From Spirogloea muscicola (lineage: Eukaryota), in contig WELB01000025.1 of the NCBI GenBank assembly GCA_009602725.1, positions 198,496-258,425 on the forward strand: DNA of 59,930 bases, read 5' to 3'. Of the stretch, positions 40,969-56,570 are shown piece after piece; the first letter of the stretch is position 1, and each line of letters opens with the position of its first letter. A program made the position numbers and the translations under genes. Below the pieces are notes generated by a model. The model worked only from the letters and a program-made list of their open reading frames with translations. It was not told the DNA's origin and ran no database searches.

Positions 40969-41804
40969 GTAGCCATGGCCCTCTTGTAAGTTGCTTTGAA
41001 GATCTCCAAGAGTTTCCTCCATTATCCAGCTAGTGCCCGTTCACAACAACGAAGCACAAAGTGAGGAACTCCGCTAAGCAACGTCTTTGTCAAAGTTTCC
41101 GTGCTGGCAATCTCAGCCCTTTGGAAAAGCGCCAGCCCAGAGTCATTGTTCCCTCTGGGTTGAACTCTGGGTCTAAGGGCTGTCAATCTGTTCTGTACCT
41201 AAGTGCTACCTTGTCTCATGTCGATGGCTTGCCAGGCATTGGACTAGCTGGTGGCAGATAGTAGCCAGCCTCCTGCACAATTTATCAAGAGCTGTTGACC
41301 ACTTCGAAAACAAGGAGCTGTCAAAACTTTTTGAAAAGGTGACTACAAAGAGTGCCTGTCATTAAATCTTCCACCGTTCTTTGTCTTACGACCACCACGA
41401 CAAAGGGCGGATAATTAAGCAAGGTGCTTGCAAGACACCCTCACCTGCTACTTGCAGGTAATATCATCAATAAGATCATCATCAAACCATTGCAAGACAT
41501 CAGAGTAATTCAGATTCAGATTTGGATCAAAATGTAAAGAATTTGTTGATGTGGGCAAAGTCTTTGCAGGACTGCTGAGCCTAGTCCAAAAATTTGCAGG
41601 ACTCCAGCAAGCCATTTTCAGGAATGCCCACTGTTTCTTAACACTGTCCCAGGCAGACCACATCGTTCCTTTGGGATTGCTGCTAGTGCAGCTGATAACT
41701 TTCTCGCAGTGCTCAGGTTAGATGAGATCCTACATCAGTGCAAGCCAAACACAACCGACTTAATAGTACCTGTCATTTCGGCTCATTGCCAGGTATAATC
41801 CCAG

Positions 41805-44800
41805 CTACACATAATATTGAGCAGAAGATGACAAGTCCGCAAGAGCCTGTCCACATAGTGAAGAGTAAGGATGTCAGCTGCTCCACAATCTCAGCAGCTT
41901 CTCATACAAGGACATTGTTAATTATATCACTGACTGATAGAGATGCATCTTGTACATTGTTGTATGATGGATAGGAGCCACTTGTCAACACCGCAGCTGG
42001 CACAAGGTTGCACACGAGCCGCAGGCAGGGCCAAACCTCCAATTGCTCATTGGTGAAGAGTGTCCTATGTAAGCTCCACATATCATTGTGGGTGCGTTTA
42101 AATTCTCCGATGGTGGATGTGACAGTACTACGAATTGGATTGGGCTTGTGAACAGAATTCACCATGACCATAAGTAAGTCAGGTAACCACCTGCAAGTGG
42201 AGGTTGACAATGAGTTTTTTGACGTAACAAGAATTTAGCTCATAATGGCAGGGTGATTTACGGTGCCTGTGCTGCGTGCCGAGTGTACTGCATCCTGAAA
42301 GTCGAAAGTGGACAGAGTTTGATACTCAGGGATATCATATGGGGTTGAGAGGATGCAGGCTCTCAGTCCAAGAATAGCTCCGTGATATGCTACGATGGAA
42401 GAAGTCGGGGGCTGCTTGGTCCTGCATGTTGGATGGCAATTACTTGGTGTCAGAATGATGGCATAAGCTAGGTCGCCCATACACATGGAGCGACTGTGTT
42501 CATGCAAGAATGAACCATGAAGCCTATGATCTATGCTTCATATATCAGTGCACATCTGAATGGTCCAGGTCCAACCTGCTAAGACAGGTTCCAGCACAGC
42601 CTAAGACATGCATCAGACCAGTGTAACTGTCTGTCTCACCTCGCCCCAGACTTTCTGGAAGCAGTCCGGGCTGTCTGAGCAGACCTCACAGAAGTCACAA
42701 GCCTCTGTCTTAGTTGCGCTGCCCAGTCAGAGTCAGCAACCTTCATGAGCCCCGACAGTGTTGTAGCTGCCAATTCCCTCACCTGATTCAGAAGATCATG
42801 GAGAAGTCAGGAATGGTCTTCCATGGTGAGAAATGCCAGCATTGCTGGGGCCTATGCAGACTACCAGGCTAGCGGATGAGAAACTTGTAGTATCAAGGGC
42901 TACTGCAGGTGAAAGTTCATGTGTAACAAAGCAGGGGTGACAACAGTGAAAACAACAGAGAGGTGACTCATATAACATAAATGTGACTGAGAGAGAGGTC
43001 TGAATCTAGTTGCACGAAGAGAGAGTTGATGATGAAATAACAGCGGCTTCCTCAAGAGTTGGATGCGGTGTTCAGAGGGTAGGCGTATTGTCTTGATCAT
43101 CCACAAGCGGCGACGCAAGGCAGGCAACTTGCAAGGCAGAACAGTGGCGCATAATCAGCCAGGCTTACCTCAAGTTGAACATCTTCTAGAAGCTCAACTA
43201 CTCGTTCCGCAATGGCAAGTAAGTCCGCCTCCGCAAGCAAGAAACTATGGCTGTCATCAAACACAAGGTTGAGGCAGTCAACACGGGAAGCCCCTAAGAG
43301 CAGCATGCAGTCGGCCCGTCTTTGCCTGCTCTTGCTAAATGATCTGCACAATTCTGGGTGGGCATACTGGCATGAAGTCATAACAGCCCTCACTACCTTC
43401 AAAAGCAGCAACTCGTCTCATTAGCATGCAGTGCAACTCACCGATATGTGAGGGGCTGTATAAACGAGAGGGCTGCAGCGCGAGTGTGCCACAGAGGTGC
43501 TGAGGTAGCTGAGAGCAGTACAGAGGTGGCAGTGTGCAGACAAGTGGCTGGCAGGGGCTGGTAGCCTAGGTACGCCAGCGCCTGCTTCGCCAGTAGAGAT
43601 AAGTCTGCATCTGATGTTTCCTGCAGGAAGCATCCGGTAGCATATGTGCAAACATTGTCACGTCAGGCTTGGACCTGCTAGCTGACATGACCGGCCTACA
43701 CCTGTGAGTTCCCTGGCTGCGAGCCTATCGATGGCCAAATACAAAGTCCAGGTGGGTGTAACCATGCCTACTATGCAAGAGGCACAGAAGTGTAAGCATA
43801 GACAAGCATAGCCTACTCACAAACATTGACTTGTTATGATGTTTGTCAGCCAAGCAGGCCACTCGCTCGAGACAAGCTTGCACGCTTTGACCTATAGGCC
43901 ACTGCAAATGACCAAAGCCCCAAGCAGGTCACACGATACAAGTGACTCTTATGACGAGGCTTACCTGGATGGCCAGGAGGACAGGGAGAAGGCTTATAAG
44001 GGTGTCCACAATAAAGACTGCGTCACCAGATTTCACACTTGCAATCACAAAGTACAGCATCTGCACAATCACGTCGTACCATGTGAACCCTTACTATTTT
44101 CCTGATCCACAATCATTGCAAGTGGGCCAGGGTCTGGCTTACAGTGCAGCTATGCTGTTGCTGACCAATCACGTCAGTAGTGACCCATAAAGCAGTGCTC
44201 TGCATTACCCAGGCTTTGAGCTCCTTCATTGCTTTGGATGGAGTTGGATAGATTACCAAACCACATGGAAAGTATACAGAAGGACCTGCATAGTCTGCAC
44301 CTCTTACCGTTTCCAGCCAGCGGACAGAGTCTTCTGCAGAGTCCACATCCATTGCGGAGATGCCAGCTGAGCTCATGCCATTTGTAGCCATTTGGATGCC
44401 CCCAGCATTACTAGCTGGAGACAGCTTCCCACCCGAGGCCTGGACTTTCAGCACCGCCTCCATGCCCTTGACTGCCAGATTAACCATGGCAGGTGCCTGA
44501 CTTGGAACCTCTTGCTGCTGTATCAAGCGAGCGGCCAACATAGCAATGAGCTGACCAACACGCTCCCTTATCTGCAGCAAATAGTGCATGACAATGAGCT
44601 GATAGTTCAATCTCCAGCAGATCAAGCTGTACATGATTATGAGGACCTCAATACCTACTCACAGCTATACTTACTGCGTCACACCAACTGCAAGTACTAT
44701 ATTCTAGACAACAACCTTCACGATACTACGTGAAAGTCCAAATGGGATATTGGTAGGGATATGCTGCTTCATCTTGTTCCATGATGCCTAGATAATGTGA

Positions 44801-47800
44801 TATATAAAGCTGACCTGCCGAGCTGGAGAGGCCATATTTCCCAAAAGCTCATCCAGGAGGGTGCTGTGTGCAGAGAGCTCAGTGTCACTCTGCAAGGTAG
44901 TCATGGGTGGAAGCTCCACGAACAAGGTTCCAATGAGCTGCAACCTCTTCGCAAGCTGCCCTGAAGCTGATGTTATTGGATATGGCTTCATCAGAGTGAT
45001 CAATAGGGGCTCTGTCAGCTCGCTCAGAGAAGGTGAAGTGTGTGGACTTGTAACTCGTGTAACTGCAAAGCGAACACATGCCACCCACTCCGGCAGGCTC
45101 TCCACTGTACACTGCCAGAGTGCAGTCTCTAATAGGTGCCTTATCCACGCCGACCACGCAGCGGATGTAGTGGGCGTGCCTGCGTGAAGTATTCCAGCAA
45201 TTGATTCTGCAGCCACACACTGTCAAGAAGCAAAGGCTAATAAGAGATGAACAAGTATCAAGCATGAATGCAGAATCTGCCCTTTCAGCACCACTGAAAT
45301 GAACATGCCGTGCTCAGGCCCTTGATTACCCTGCAAATGTTACCTGTAGGCCTTTGTCTCCAACAGTAGCTACAGCATCCTGTATGGGCTTCTGAAGTGC
45401 GTCGACTGCACTGTTGCCACCGAGAGCAACAAGCTGCTCAAACAGGAAAGCATTGGCTGCAGAGAAGCCATGGCCTCTGCTTGTGTGCGCCCACTCCTTG
45501 GTCACTGGCCAATCTGGAATTGGTGCCATCGAACTGAACACTCGACCCAAAGCGGCAGAGCTATCCATTGGGCCAGAGCGCCCTGCCATGCCCTTCATAA
45601 GACGTCCAATGCCATCTTCCGCGTCTAGATAGTGATCAACTGCCATACAGCTCACCAGGGCTTGCGCATAGGCTGGCGCTGCCATGGCCTCTCCTACAGC
45701 TGAGCCCACTTGTGTAGTGGTCATATCGGCTCTATTGATACTCATATTTGTGGCTTCCTCAGCAACCTGCTGTGCTTGTCCCTTGTTACCTTCTTTAACG
45801 TCAAGGAGCAGCCCAAGGAGAGCGGCAATCGAAACACGCCGAAGAGGTGGTAGGTCACTGACTAGTGTCTTGAGAAAGTGCCCTGCAAGGTGAACAATCC
45901 AAGGCCCTTAAATGGTGCTCTAATTCTCAAACGTATTTACCAGATATACAGCTACAGCAACACACTCACTTGGCTAAGAGTGATCATGTAGGTTTGATAT
46001 GCGCACCGACATATTGTGATAGCCCTGAGGATAATAGCAGCAGAAAGGCACTAGCCATGACGGAATATCTGCACAGAAACAAGCACATAGTGACTGCCTG
46101 TATTGGTTGGTGATAATTTGCTGCTGTTAGTGATATGCTTCAAGCAGACCTGCCATGAGTCAACATATGTCAACACCGGCACGAAGTACATGTTGCAAAG
46201 CTGCTCACTGTAGCACAATCAGCCTCTGACATAGCATGGACTGTACATCTGATTTCCCTGGTATGTGATATTATGGAGTGCCTGAATGTAATAAGCTCGC
46301 ACTTACCTCCAATGTATGTCACGCACACTGCCGGTTGAGAGGTTCGTTAATTGTTCCATGATCTTATTCATCTCTGGGGCACCGCTTTTGCTCGCTTGAT
46401 ATGTGTTGTTTGGTACTCCAGCATATCGCAATGCGAAATAGAAGAAAGCCTACACAAATGTGGGACACATGAGCAACTTGCACCATAACATAGGTAAAGT
46501 TGCTATCTAGCCTTATCAATTTGATAAGGCTGGAACATATCATGAGGAGCAACCCTTTGAATGTCACCTCTCCAATGGCAGTTTGAGCTTTTGGCGTCTC
46601 ATGATGACCACTGCACAGAAAAGCCGGCAGAAGTGAGTAATTGACTTGCAGATTTGCTAGGTGCTTCAATACTGCAAAGTGAAAGTGGAATCATGAGCAG
46701 GACACAGCAAATACCTGCTCATGATTGCCTCAACGAAGACAACCATTGCTTGCCAGTCCTGCCAAACTTGAAAATATTACACTGTAAAGTGTGCTTCACA
46801 GCAGATTGTTGTCTCGCCGTGACAAGCTTACTCATGGCATGATTAAGTCAAGCAGGGACTGCTGTCAACCTTGACCATATGATTGTATCTTGATCCCAAA
46901 CAACATAGCGATTCATACAATACTCCAGAAACAGTTCTATGCCATGTCCTCTGACATGCCAAAAGAGGACTGCTATCAAATGCTAACTTGTGTCACCATA
47001 AGCGGATGAGAGTGTCATTGATCTAGACCACAAATAGCATATGCTAAAAACCTGAGACCTGCACACAAAATTGCATGCACCTGCGAAACTGTGCGCATGA
47101 CTGGCCTAGTGACCAGCAAAGCGCAAGCTCCTTGAGCAGCCTCATCAGAAGATGTTGGATCCATAAGCGCCTTGCTGATGCCTGTAATGACAATGTCGTT
47201 AATGGGCGGGAACCTCTTTATAAGTGACTCCAGCGATGCTTTTGCTGACCTGAGAGAAGCCAGAAAACGTAGGAACTGAGCACGAAGCATACAAAGCAAC
47301 TGGATGTAATGGCGACATAGTAAAGCAGGCATGGCAGATATGTCACAAATTAATGAGGATCTCATTCAAAGTCAAGGAACCCCGCTGAGCTTACACACGG
47401 ACGGCTTTGTAGGGGTGCAAGGAGAGCTCAAGCAGATCCTGCGCAATGACCCTCACACCAGAGGCGATCGGTGGTGATGCTCCACTAGCACATAGCACGC
47501 GGTACCCAGCCTGGCTTGCACGCCACTTCGAATGCAAGTATGCTTTCTCGCGTACTAGCCATCGAGGTCTGCAGTACATTTCAGAAATGTGATTGTTGAT
47601 ATAACCAGACTGCTCATGAGCTTAGCATGCCCACCCTAAGGAGCTTGTGGAGTACAAGCAATACTTGACTGTATTGATTCTGTGCTGATCCGCCATACTT
47701 GTTTAGCTCACAAAAATGGACAGAGGAAGTCCATGAGTAGCTCTTCCCACAGACCTGTGATACAATAATACCTTGAGCTGACTGTCACCACAAGCACAGG

Positions 47801-50800
47801 CCAGCGGACGACAGTAGGGGTTTGTACCTTCGGCGACTATATCCATTAGAATGGCTGATATTGCTGGCCCGTGGCTCTGTCAGAGCATGACTATCATGAA
47901 TCCATGAATTCTTGTCAAGAGACCACTCCATATACTCCAAGGACTCTGCACAGGAATTGGAAGATGCACAAGGTCAGGTTACAGCTGTAGCAGCACTGCT
48001 TTGTCACACCAACCATTTCCTTAGTAGTTTACACGGACTTACATTCCTACAGCAACTCACAAATCACAGCAACGCCACAGTGTGATATGACTGCATTTCC
48101 TCCGAAAAGCTAAGCAAACATCATGCAGCAATGAAGGCATAAGACAGAAATGCTGCTGCTACTGAGAGCCATCAATTGTAGGCTGCATATCAAGAAGCTC
48201 ATTAAGAGACTGCATAGCCATCATTGCGTGTCTCAACTGATATTGACTAGGGCGTCCATGTTGCTTATGAGCAGGTTGAGGTTGACAGCGTCATCATTTC
48301 TCTTATCCAAGAAATGTCTGCATAAGAAGCCACCATGGTGTACTCGCTGTCTGTCAAGTGTGGTTGACATAAGACACACTGTTGATTTCACCTAACAATG
48401 AAGCTTTACCCTGCAAGCTGCCCTTTTATGTCCAGACAGTACCAAGTAGACTACTATTTTGCTATGTCAACCTGTCCCAAGAGTCTATGTCATGTAGCTG
48501 CCAGCTTCTGGCTCTTAGCACGCAAACAATACATGCTGAAGATGCTGAAAAAGCTTCAAGCTTGATTGAAGGGCAACCATCTTGGAGGAAGGATCATACT
48601 TGCATGCTTGATGTAAGATCTCTACAACTTCCCTCCTTATTGCTGCTGAACCCACACTTGGTCCAGACGATCCAACGACTGTCAATGCCTCCTCATTTGA
48701 TACCTGTGACATGCTGACAGCTGCAGTTTCTGTGGCTGCATGGGCACGATCTTCAGCTACAAGTTCTGGAAGACATGAGCGCACGCCCCGCAGACAGGAG
48801 TCAAGGCGTAACAAGGTGGTCCTCCAAGCATCCTTCTCCAAGCCTGACATTGGCAGGTAAGGTGCACCCGTGTCACATTGACATGCAGAGCTTGCATCTC
48901 GGCATGAGACGAGTGTCCACAGACTCTGCACTGTTGGACCTTGAACCAGATTACCAACACAGAGCAGTAAGGAGAGCTCAATCAGGAACACCAGATAAGA
49001 TTGCATATTCACTCTGAACCACCAGGTGCCCTGAAAGCAAAGGAGGCCAAGACGAGGACATGCTACAAATGCAAGGTGCATACTGATATGGCCATTGAAC
49101 GGGCTTGTCTTCAGAAGAACTCCAATATCAGCTATAGCCCCTCTCAGATGTCTACTGAGCAGTTCACTGACAAACTCCAACTCCTCCTTGCAGGCAATGT
49201 GCCAAGTGGGTACCTCCCAGAGGCTCGTCATCATTGAATCCGCAGAGTTTTGTTGAGCTTTATCTGCCAGCTTGCTACTAGAGTGATTGTTGTGATTGCC
49301 CATGAACGAGTAATCTTTCGAACCAAACCACACCTCCACTCCATCTGCGTCTGGAAGAGGAGGCGCACTCCTGCACAATATAGGCAATGGCAGATCCAGG
49401 ACAGAGGCGTAATACATTATTATCTTAACAGCTAAGCTTCACATATGAACACTTTCAGGAACCATCTCATGAACCACTCAGCTTTTCTACATCTCGCACC
49501 TGTACCCGTGCTCGTCATAATAGAGAACAAGTGTGCTCAATATTGAACTCAGAACACCACCCGCGGCTTCTATGATCTGCGGACCAATGACACACACAGA
49601 CATGAGAGAAGCGAGGCAACGAGCAACTTAACAAGTTGCACGGGCAAATACGACTGTCCTTGTTTCTCCTTATGACATAGTCCAGTGCAAGAATATTGAT
49701 AAAAGCAGAGTGCTATACTCCTCAATTGATACCTTAGGTGCAGGAGCATCCAGTCCTGCATTCAGGACTTCAACAATCTGTTCTTTGTATGGCAGCCAGG
49801 CTTTCCCACCAAACATAACACATGCTCCCAACAAGCTGAAGTGGTAGTATACAGCTGAAACTAATGAGGGAGATAATGATACATCCTGCAGTGCAGACAG
49901 GTCCTCGTGCTTGAGGGCGCATGCAGAGCTGCACTGCAAGCAAGAGCTGCAAGGTCTATCAACCTAGCAATTACTTGTTCTGCTTCATGAAGACATATAG
50001 TCTTCAGCAAGCACAAAGAGCTTGTGGGTGGCTGCCAAGAAGTTAGTGCTGACCTGATTGGCAGAGAAGTTGCCATGCATTGAGCTCACATCACTCCGAC
50101 CTGTCTTTGGAACCCCCTCCAACTCAAGCTGTATCATGTCCATCAAAGGTTTTGCTACCTCGACTGCAGCCTCAGCTGCATTTGCATAAACGAGAAAAGT
50201 ACAAAGGACTCCTATCTCTGCAATGGCCCCCAAGTGAATGTTGGTCCTCACATACTTGGAGATCTTTCTCAGTGCCTGTGCATCGACAGCAGCACACACA
50301 GCACAAGCAGGAGCTGCAATATTAGCTGCTGCATATATTGGAAGCATCACACAAGCCACGAGTGTTTTCTTAAAATTGTAACACACCAATATAGAGAGAT
50401 TTGTGGCCTATCAACAACCTGATGCAAAAGGCTAGGGGAAAGACGGCTGAAGAGGAGTCCCAGTGTAGATCTATAAGGGGAACTTGACTGCATCAGGAAT
50501 CCTCTTGAGGTCTTCCCATCATTGGCGTACATGTCATTGTCCCCGCTGTCATAAGAAAGAGAAACAAGACAAATTGTACTAAGTGCCAACAGCTGGTTTC
50601 TACCTTTTTTCCTTCAGCCTGACATCATTACTTGATTGCAAGCTGAGTTGCTAAGCATAACAAGATATAACCTGAGACCAGCAACCAATTGCAAGTTGTA
50701 CAGAGAAAGAATGGTACCTTGACAGGGAGACATTGTTTGAATCCTCGAGATGAGATAGCATACTAAGCACATGGGACAAAAATTCCTCCAGCCACTCAGA

Positions 50801-53800
50801 CCAATCCACAGGAATGACTGTGTGATCCTCTGCAATCTCACCAATCTGCTCACCAGGACATTGACGTTCAGCAAGTCTGACACAGCCTCCACCAAATGCA
50901 CACAACCCAGTTGCTGAACCAAATTTTCCTGCATGCAGAATGATACAGATCCTCTAGTTGCAAAAATTTCCATGCCTTACAAGTAGAACGTACTGTAACA
51001 AGCACAAGCATCAACCTCATGCTGGGTGAGGGAAGACAGAAAGAGTTGGAAGGTCTACATTGGAAAACACTGCCTCAAAGAAACGCAATGTGGCAAGCGT
51101 TTTGGGAGGATCGTTTGCATCTATCCCTGGAATTGTTGCATACATGGCATCCGCTAGTGCTTCTCTACTTGCAGCCACCACAGCATTTGTCTGTTCTTCA
51201 TCCCCTGAGCTGATGTGATGAGAGGTAGAAGAGAATATCAACAGACTTCTGGTGCAGAGACCCAATGTGGTAACTGCAGCTTCCAACTGATGTGTTGCTG
51301 TTACCTGTAAGCAAATTGCAGAAGATGGAGCATGCTGAATATGAGGAACTCACAACAGTCCTTCTAAATCAAGGCCAAAGAAGCACAAATCTGAAGAGTA
51401 GTGTCACAATAAGAGGCTTTGTGTATGCAATTTTGGATAGACAACCGTTACACGATCCAATGCTTTCAGACGCCATTTTGAAACCGCAAGCTCAACCAGT
51501 CAACTTGCATAGCATAGCTATCCAGAACAAGGAAGTGCATCGTACTGTTTCAAGAGCTTGGCTGAAGTTGGTGAGCACTGAGGGGACAACAGAAGCAGGT
51601 GCCACATATGACAGCCCCGCCGCTACACTGGCAGCAACCCCTGCCAAAGTGCCAATCTTGCTGAACTGTGCTCTGTCCACCAACCGCATGACACAAACAA
51701 CGAATCTTCTTTGCTCTGCTTGCTCAAGTGGCTTTCTGAATCCATTCGCCTCTGTCCATTCTCCTCTGAAATTGGTCAGACATGACACGCTGGTCTCAGC
51801 AGAATAAGATACAGGTTCCGGCTATCACGTCCAGGCAGCTAAGATGGACCTCTCCAGGAGCAACATGTCATGCTTTTGTCGAGTGATTAACAACCAAACA
51901 GGGAGTAATTGCAAAGAAAAAACCTCACCCAAAGAAGCTTATCACAGCACTCAATAGGTGACAGGCAAAAGTAGTCTCAAGTACCTTGTCTCGTAGGCAA
52001 GTCGCTTGAGGAAATAGAAGGTAAGGTTCCGGAGGAACTGCTCTAAGCTTTGAGTCCAGCTGCCCCCATTGGAAGGATGTAAATATTGTTCAAGAATCTC
52101 GACCAACTTGTCAAATTGACTGAATGATTGCGGTAATAGTACAACGCAAATTTTGGCAATTGGCTTGGTCATATCCATACCTCCCCAACTCTGGTACCAT
52201 CAATTTCACGATCACATTAGTGACAAACAATCTGAAGGTCAAAGGAGCCCCTACAAAGGTCTATGCAGGCAACCACAGTAAGCACAAGTGTCCCATGAAC
52301 ACAGTAAGCCGGATCCTACGGCTGCAAGCTAATGCGTGATAATACTCAACACTACACAATCCTTACTATTTTGATAGTCAACACACGAGGCAGTAATATT
52401 TATAGGTGAGGAACTTTGCCAGCACCTAGACTACTTGTAAGGTGATCAACAGCTTACATTTGAGAAAGCCTGAACACAGGAAGCTGGAGCAGACCTGCTC
52501 ACAGGTGATGCACCCATAGACTTGCCAACGGGCAAGTGAAAGAAGGACAAAAATTTGGTAAAAAGAACAGGCAGATAGGCCACCCATTCAGCACTCTCAT
52601 CTTCACGTATATGATGACTGTCAATAGAGCCAGTTGACGAGGCTAGACTGCCGACTGGCAAGTGCTTGACACATCTTGCAAAAAGCGTGATCCACTGCTG
52701 ATCCCAATACGTGCAGTGAGGTATGCGAGACCAAAGTGCCAGCCACTCGTCAAGCCACAGACTGCATGCATAAAAAACACGTCTGAGCGTATTCAATCAA
52801 GCTTAACTACTGCATATTGCAGTCATTAAGCGGATTTTGTGAGGTAGCAGAAGCTTTGTGCTGCTATTAGCTACCAGCAGACTATACCTGCCCACCTGAC
52901 TGAGTGACAAGAAGAACTACAAGCATTCGCTCATCCTGTTACCTGACATGTCTTGCAGATGGATTGGTAATTGTGACATTGTTCATACACTATCTCAAGC
53001 ATCTCAAGTGCACAACCCAACTCAGATGATGTGCCACCCACTGTCTGTAGCATACCTCCAAGTGTCATTTCCTCCAAAGGGGGGCAGACATGGCATAAAG
53101 AGTGATAGGAGGCCTGCCGCTTCCAGAGCAACATTATCTGAGAGGTCTTTGAATAACGGCCTGTCATAAGGACATAAGGAAAAGGCAGTTCGGCTCACCT
53201 GAGCAGGCACACTGCACTTAAAAGCTGTGGGCAGCAAGAGTTGCACCTCACTTACTAACTGGCCAACGAAGCGCAGGCATGCTTAAGAGCCTTGCAATGT
53301 AGTCTGAGCCTGGTGGCTTGATTCATACTACTAATCTCAAACACATGGAAGTCAATTCGCGATTTCCCAGCTTGCAGCAAACAGTACTAGCCATCTGGCA
53401 AGGCGTACCTTAAGAGGCTCCAGATTTCTGCAGCTGACCCTGGTGGGAAGTACCTACGGGCTCTACGAATGAGGTTGGATAATGCCCCCAAGTGCACCTG
53501 CTGCAGTGCAGCACCCCTCACACTTCGCTGCCTGTGTGAGGGCCGACATGAGTAGAGTAAGCAGAAGCACCCACCAAGCTAGAATCTCATGCAAACCAAG
53601 GCCGTATTGGCCAGTGCTGGGAGACATGACTGCTCTACACTTTGCTTAGCAGTGGGGTCCGCTAGAGCACCAAATTCACATGGAGGGCAGTTGCCTGTCT
53701 CCAGCGAAGAGCAGCACACCTAGAAAGGGCTTGGAAAGGCTAGTTGTTGATCAGATCTAGGCCGAAGCAGAAGAGAAGATGCCTCTGACCTGCTCAAATG

Positions 53801-54859
53801 GTTGTCTACAAAGGCCTCATACAAAGGCCGCCAGGGCACTGCAATATTCAGGGTCTTCCGGTACTTTCGTAGGACCTTGGCCACAACATTTGACCAACGA
53901 ATCTGTCTCACAGCAGGCATTAATGCTGTCAGAACACTTTACTGTGTTACAGCCCCACAGCAATCACTGTGTCAATTGCACAATATGCAGGAAATAACAA
54001 TTGCTACACCCTCATGATTGGCAGCCGAGCAGACATTGCGGTATTGCTATTTTGGAAACTTTTCCTGTGACAAGGAAGATGGCTAGTAATTTTGTAAAAA
54101 GCTTGTGGTGGTGGTCTGAACTGAGATGCTTAAGCATCAAACTGCAAGCCGAGGGATTTTTAGCACACATGACAGCTCCTTGTTGCTTGGTATGAGTGAA
54201 TAAGGCCCTCAGATACTCTGAATAGACATGCATTGCTCTAGGAGGTCTATGTCCTTCTTCGGATGCCAGTAAATACCTGTGTAAACAGGTCATCCTTCTG
54301 TTGCAAGACGATTGAAAGAGCTGCTGTAGCCAGGCGTTTGACGTCCTCAATTGCCAGCTCGCTCTTGCACTCGAGAAAGCTGGATGGAGGCCGCAAAAAG
54401 AGCAAATAGTGAGCAGACCATGTTTCTCAAGCAGCCTGCTCTGACCAACTTTTGTGACTACCTAGATGTCGCTGGAGCTCGTGCCTGCCAAACTCGCAGA
54501 CCCTGCATAATAGTTCTGATACGAAGTTTCCAGGAGAGGCCCCTTTTGTTAAGCAAACAAAGGCATGCAGCAATGCTTTGCCTTGGTTGCCAAGGCAGGC
54601 AAGCAGGTTCTTGCAGTAACGTGATAGCTGATACGCAAGAAGTGATGTATAGATTGACCAGGCACAATGCGTATATATTGGAGAAAGTTGGCCTTCAGCT
54701 TCACCTATTGGCAACAGAGACCCATCTCAGTGTTTCTCTGGCCTTGCCAATTCGAAAGGCCTCCTCAATGGCATCAACAACCGCAGAGAACCGCCGTGGC
54801 TCGACTTGTGCCGCCTCAGCAGAAAGATCACCAGGCAGCCACTGATTGTACAAATGCAT
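41805..54859 (-). CDS. PSME4: Proteasome activator subunit 4 (PA200/Blm10), multi-exon
   Basis: Starts MHLYNQWLP (cf. plant PA200 MHLYNAWLP). Internal motifs LEQYLHPSNGGSW and PGIDANDPPKT. C-terminus STVTSTIGEFKRTHNDMW...FTNEQLE spliced to ALADLSSSAQYYV* (41846-41805). Confidence 0.95.
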
Positions 54860-55584
54860 CCTGCTTGATTTCAAGTGTCTGACCACGTTGATCAGAGTTG
54901 CAATCAGCTGGAAGGACTCCTGCAATGGCTGACCACCAATTGCTTGCACTTGCACCAGGGACGATCACCTCCCGTCCAGGCTGACGAACAGCTCTGAAAG
55001 CGAGGGAGAGGTACATCTCTTACGAAACTCTCAGCGTTGCGCTTCATTGCAGTCGGATAGTGCTCGTCAGATGCACCAGCCAGATCAATTCACGGCAGCC
55101 CGAGCGCGGAGGCTGCGCACATCGCAGGCCAGCAACTAAAATCGACGTAGATTATTCAGCGTCGCAGGGCGTACGCAGCTAAGCCGCAGGAGCAACAACA
55201 GGGAGACGTCGGCGCCACACGCCTCTGCGGTGCTGGCTGGCATGGAGCACGGCGCCACCCGAGGCCGCCGCAGACGAGGCGAGGCGGCCCCGCCGAGAGC
55301 CTGCTGGAAGGTCCGTGTGGCACAAGCGACGTGAAGCGGCGTCTCCAGGAGGGCGTGACGAGGCGAGGTAAGCGCGGCTGGCCAAGGAGCTTCGAGAAAG
55401 GCAGAGCTGGCTGCCGTGCTGGGGGAGGGGAGGTGGGGAGCTAGTGGCTTGGGCAGCCGTTGGTAAGGGCTACGGGGCGACAGCAGGGAGAGGGTGGGGA
55501 AGCGCCGAGATTGTTGGGGCCGAGACGAGGCCCTTAGATGGGGACTCGAGATGGCGTCCGTCGATCAGAAGGGAACTTAGCCAA

Positions 55585-55785
55585 ACGGGGGCGATGGCTG
55601 TGAAAAGCTCATCCAAAGTGGGCGAGGGCTGTGAAAGAGAAACGAAGGCGCTTCCAGTAGAGGGCGGTGGCTGTGAGAGGCCAGCCCAGAAAAAGGAGTG
55701 AACAAAGTTCGAAGGGCCAGGGATAGCTCGAAAGCACACGGGAATCGAGTAGCCACGAAGCACTCAGTAACCTCTGTTGAGAGAG
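55585..55785 (-). mobile_element. Short CRE-like 3' fragment with stacked modules
   Basis: LNRGY* plus UTR and GGGCTGGCCTCTCACAGCCACCGCCCTCTACTGGAAGCG. Confidence 0.75.
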
Positions 55786-55869
55786 TCTGCCGCCGTTGAG
55801 GTGGAGAAAGTGGTCTCCGAGTAGCGGGTCCCCTCCCCGGAGCCAGAGGCTAAAAGTCAGACCAAAAAG

Positions 55870-56570
55870 CCTGGTCAATGCATGTGCACGAGCAAGCTTT
55901 CTCTACCTTCCTTACCTTTATTCAGCCGAAGCTGGTGGTGGTCTAACTTGTGCGTCCACTGTCCCTGACCTTGTGATGACCTGGCTTTGCTCAGCTCTTT
56001 CCTGAACTGAAGTAGACTGTAAACCGAGGTATAATGGAGCAGCAGTAGAATGTGTGGCCATGCGACTGCGGTTGATAAGGGAGCATTGCTCGATGAAAGG
56101 CCTGTTGTGCAATTGACACTCAGCAGTGTACCATGGCAGATGTTAGGTTGCCAGAGGCAGGTGCCCGGCAGCTTGCACGGCTCACTGCAGGAAAGTGGCA
56201 CACCTCAGCATGTTCTCTAGGAAGAGCGTATCGGAAGGTTCGGCATGGCTCGACCATCCCTTGCCTCTTCTCTCCCAGCTTTCAATGCAGACTTGAGATG
56301 CCATGAGTGCAGTGCGATGTAGCACATGGGGACAAGACTTCATCTGGACTATGCAGCCACGCAGTTGTTGCCACATTGGTGCCGGGGGGGGGTGAGCAGC
56401 TTCCACGCATGTCTTACTGACAGAGCCACTGATCAACCACCAACCGACCCTACACGTACATGCATGCCACTACTAATTGAGTAAGGCTCATTGCAACCTT
56501 TACGATTTACTAGCCCAGGACATGTCACAGCTCTAATGGTGGAGACCCAGAGCCCACTGAGAGAGTGTGG
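55870..56570. repeat. Dispersed repeat B, copy 2, left part (split by the Copia)
   Basis: Reverse-complement homology to ~20275-20952. Confidence 0.85.
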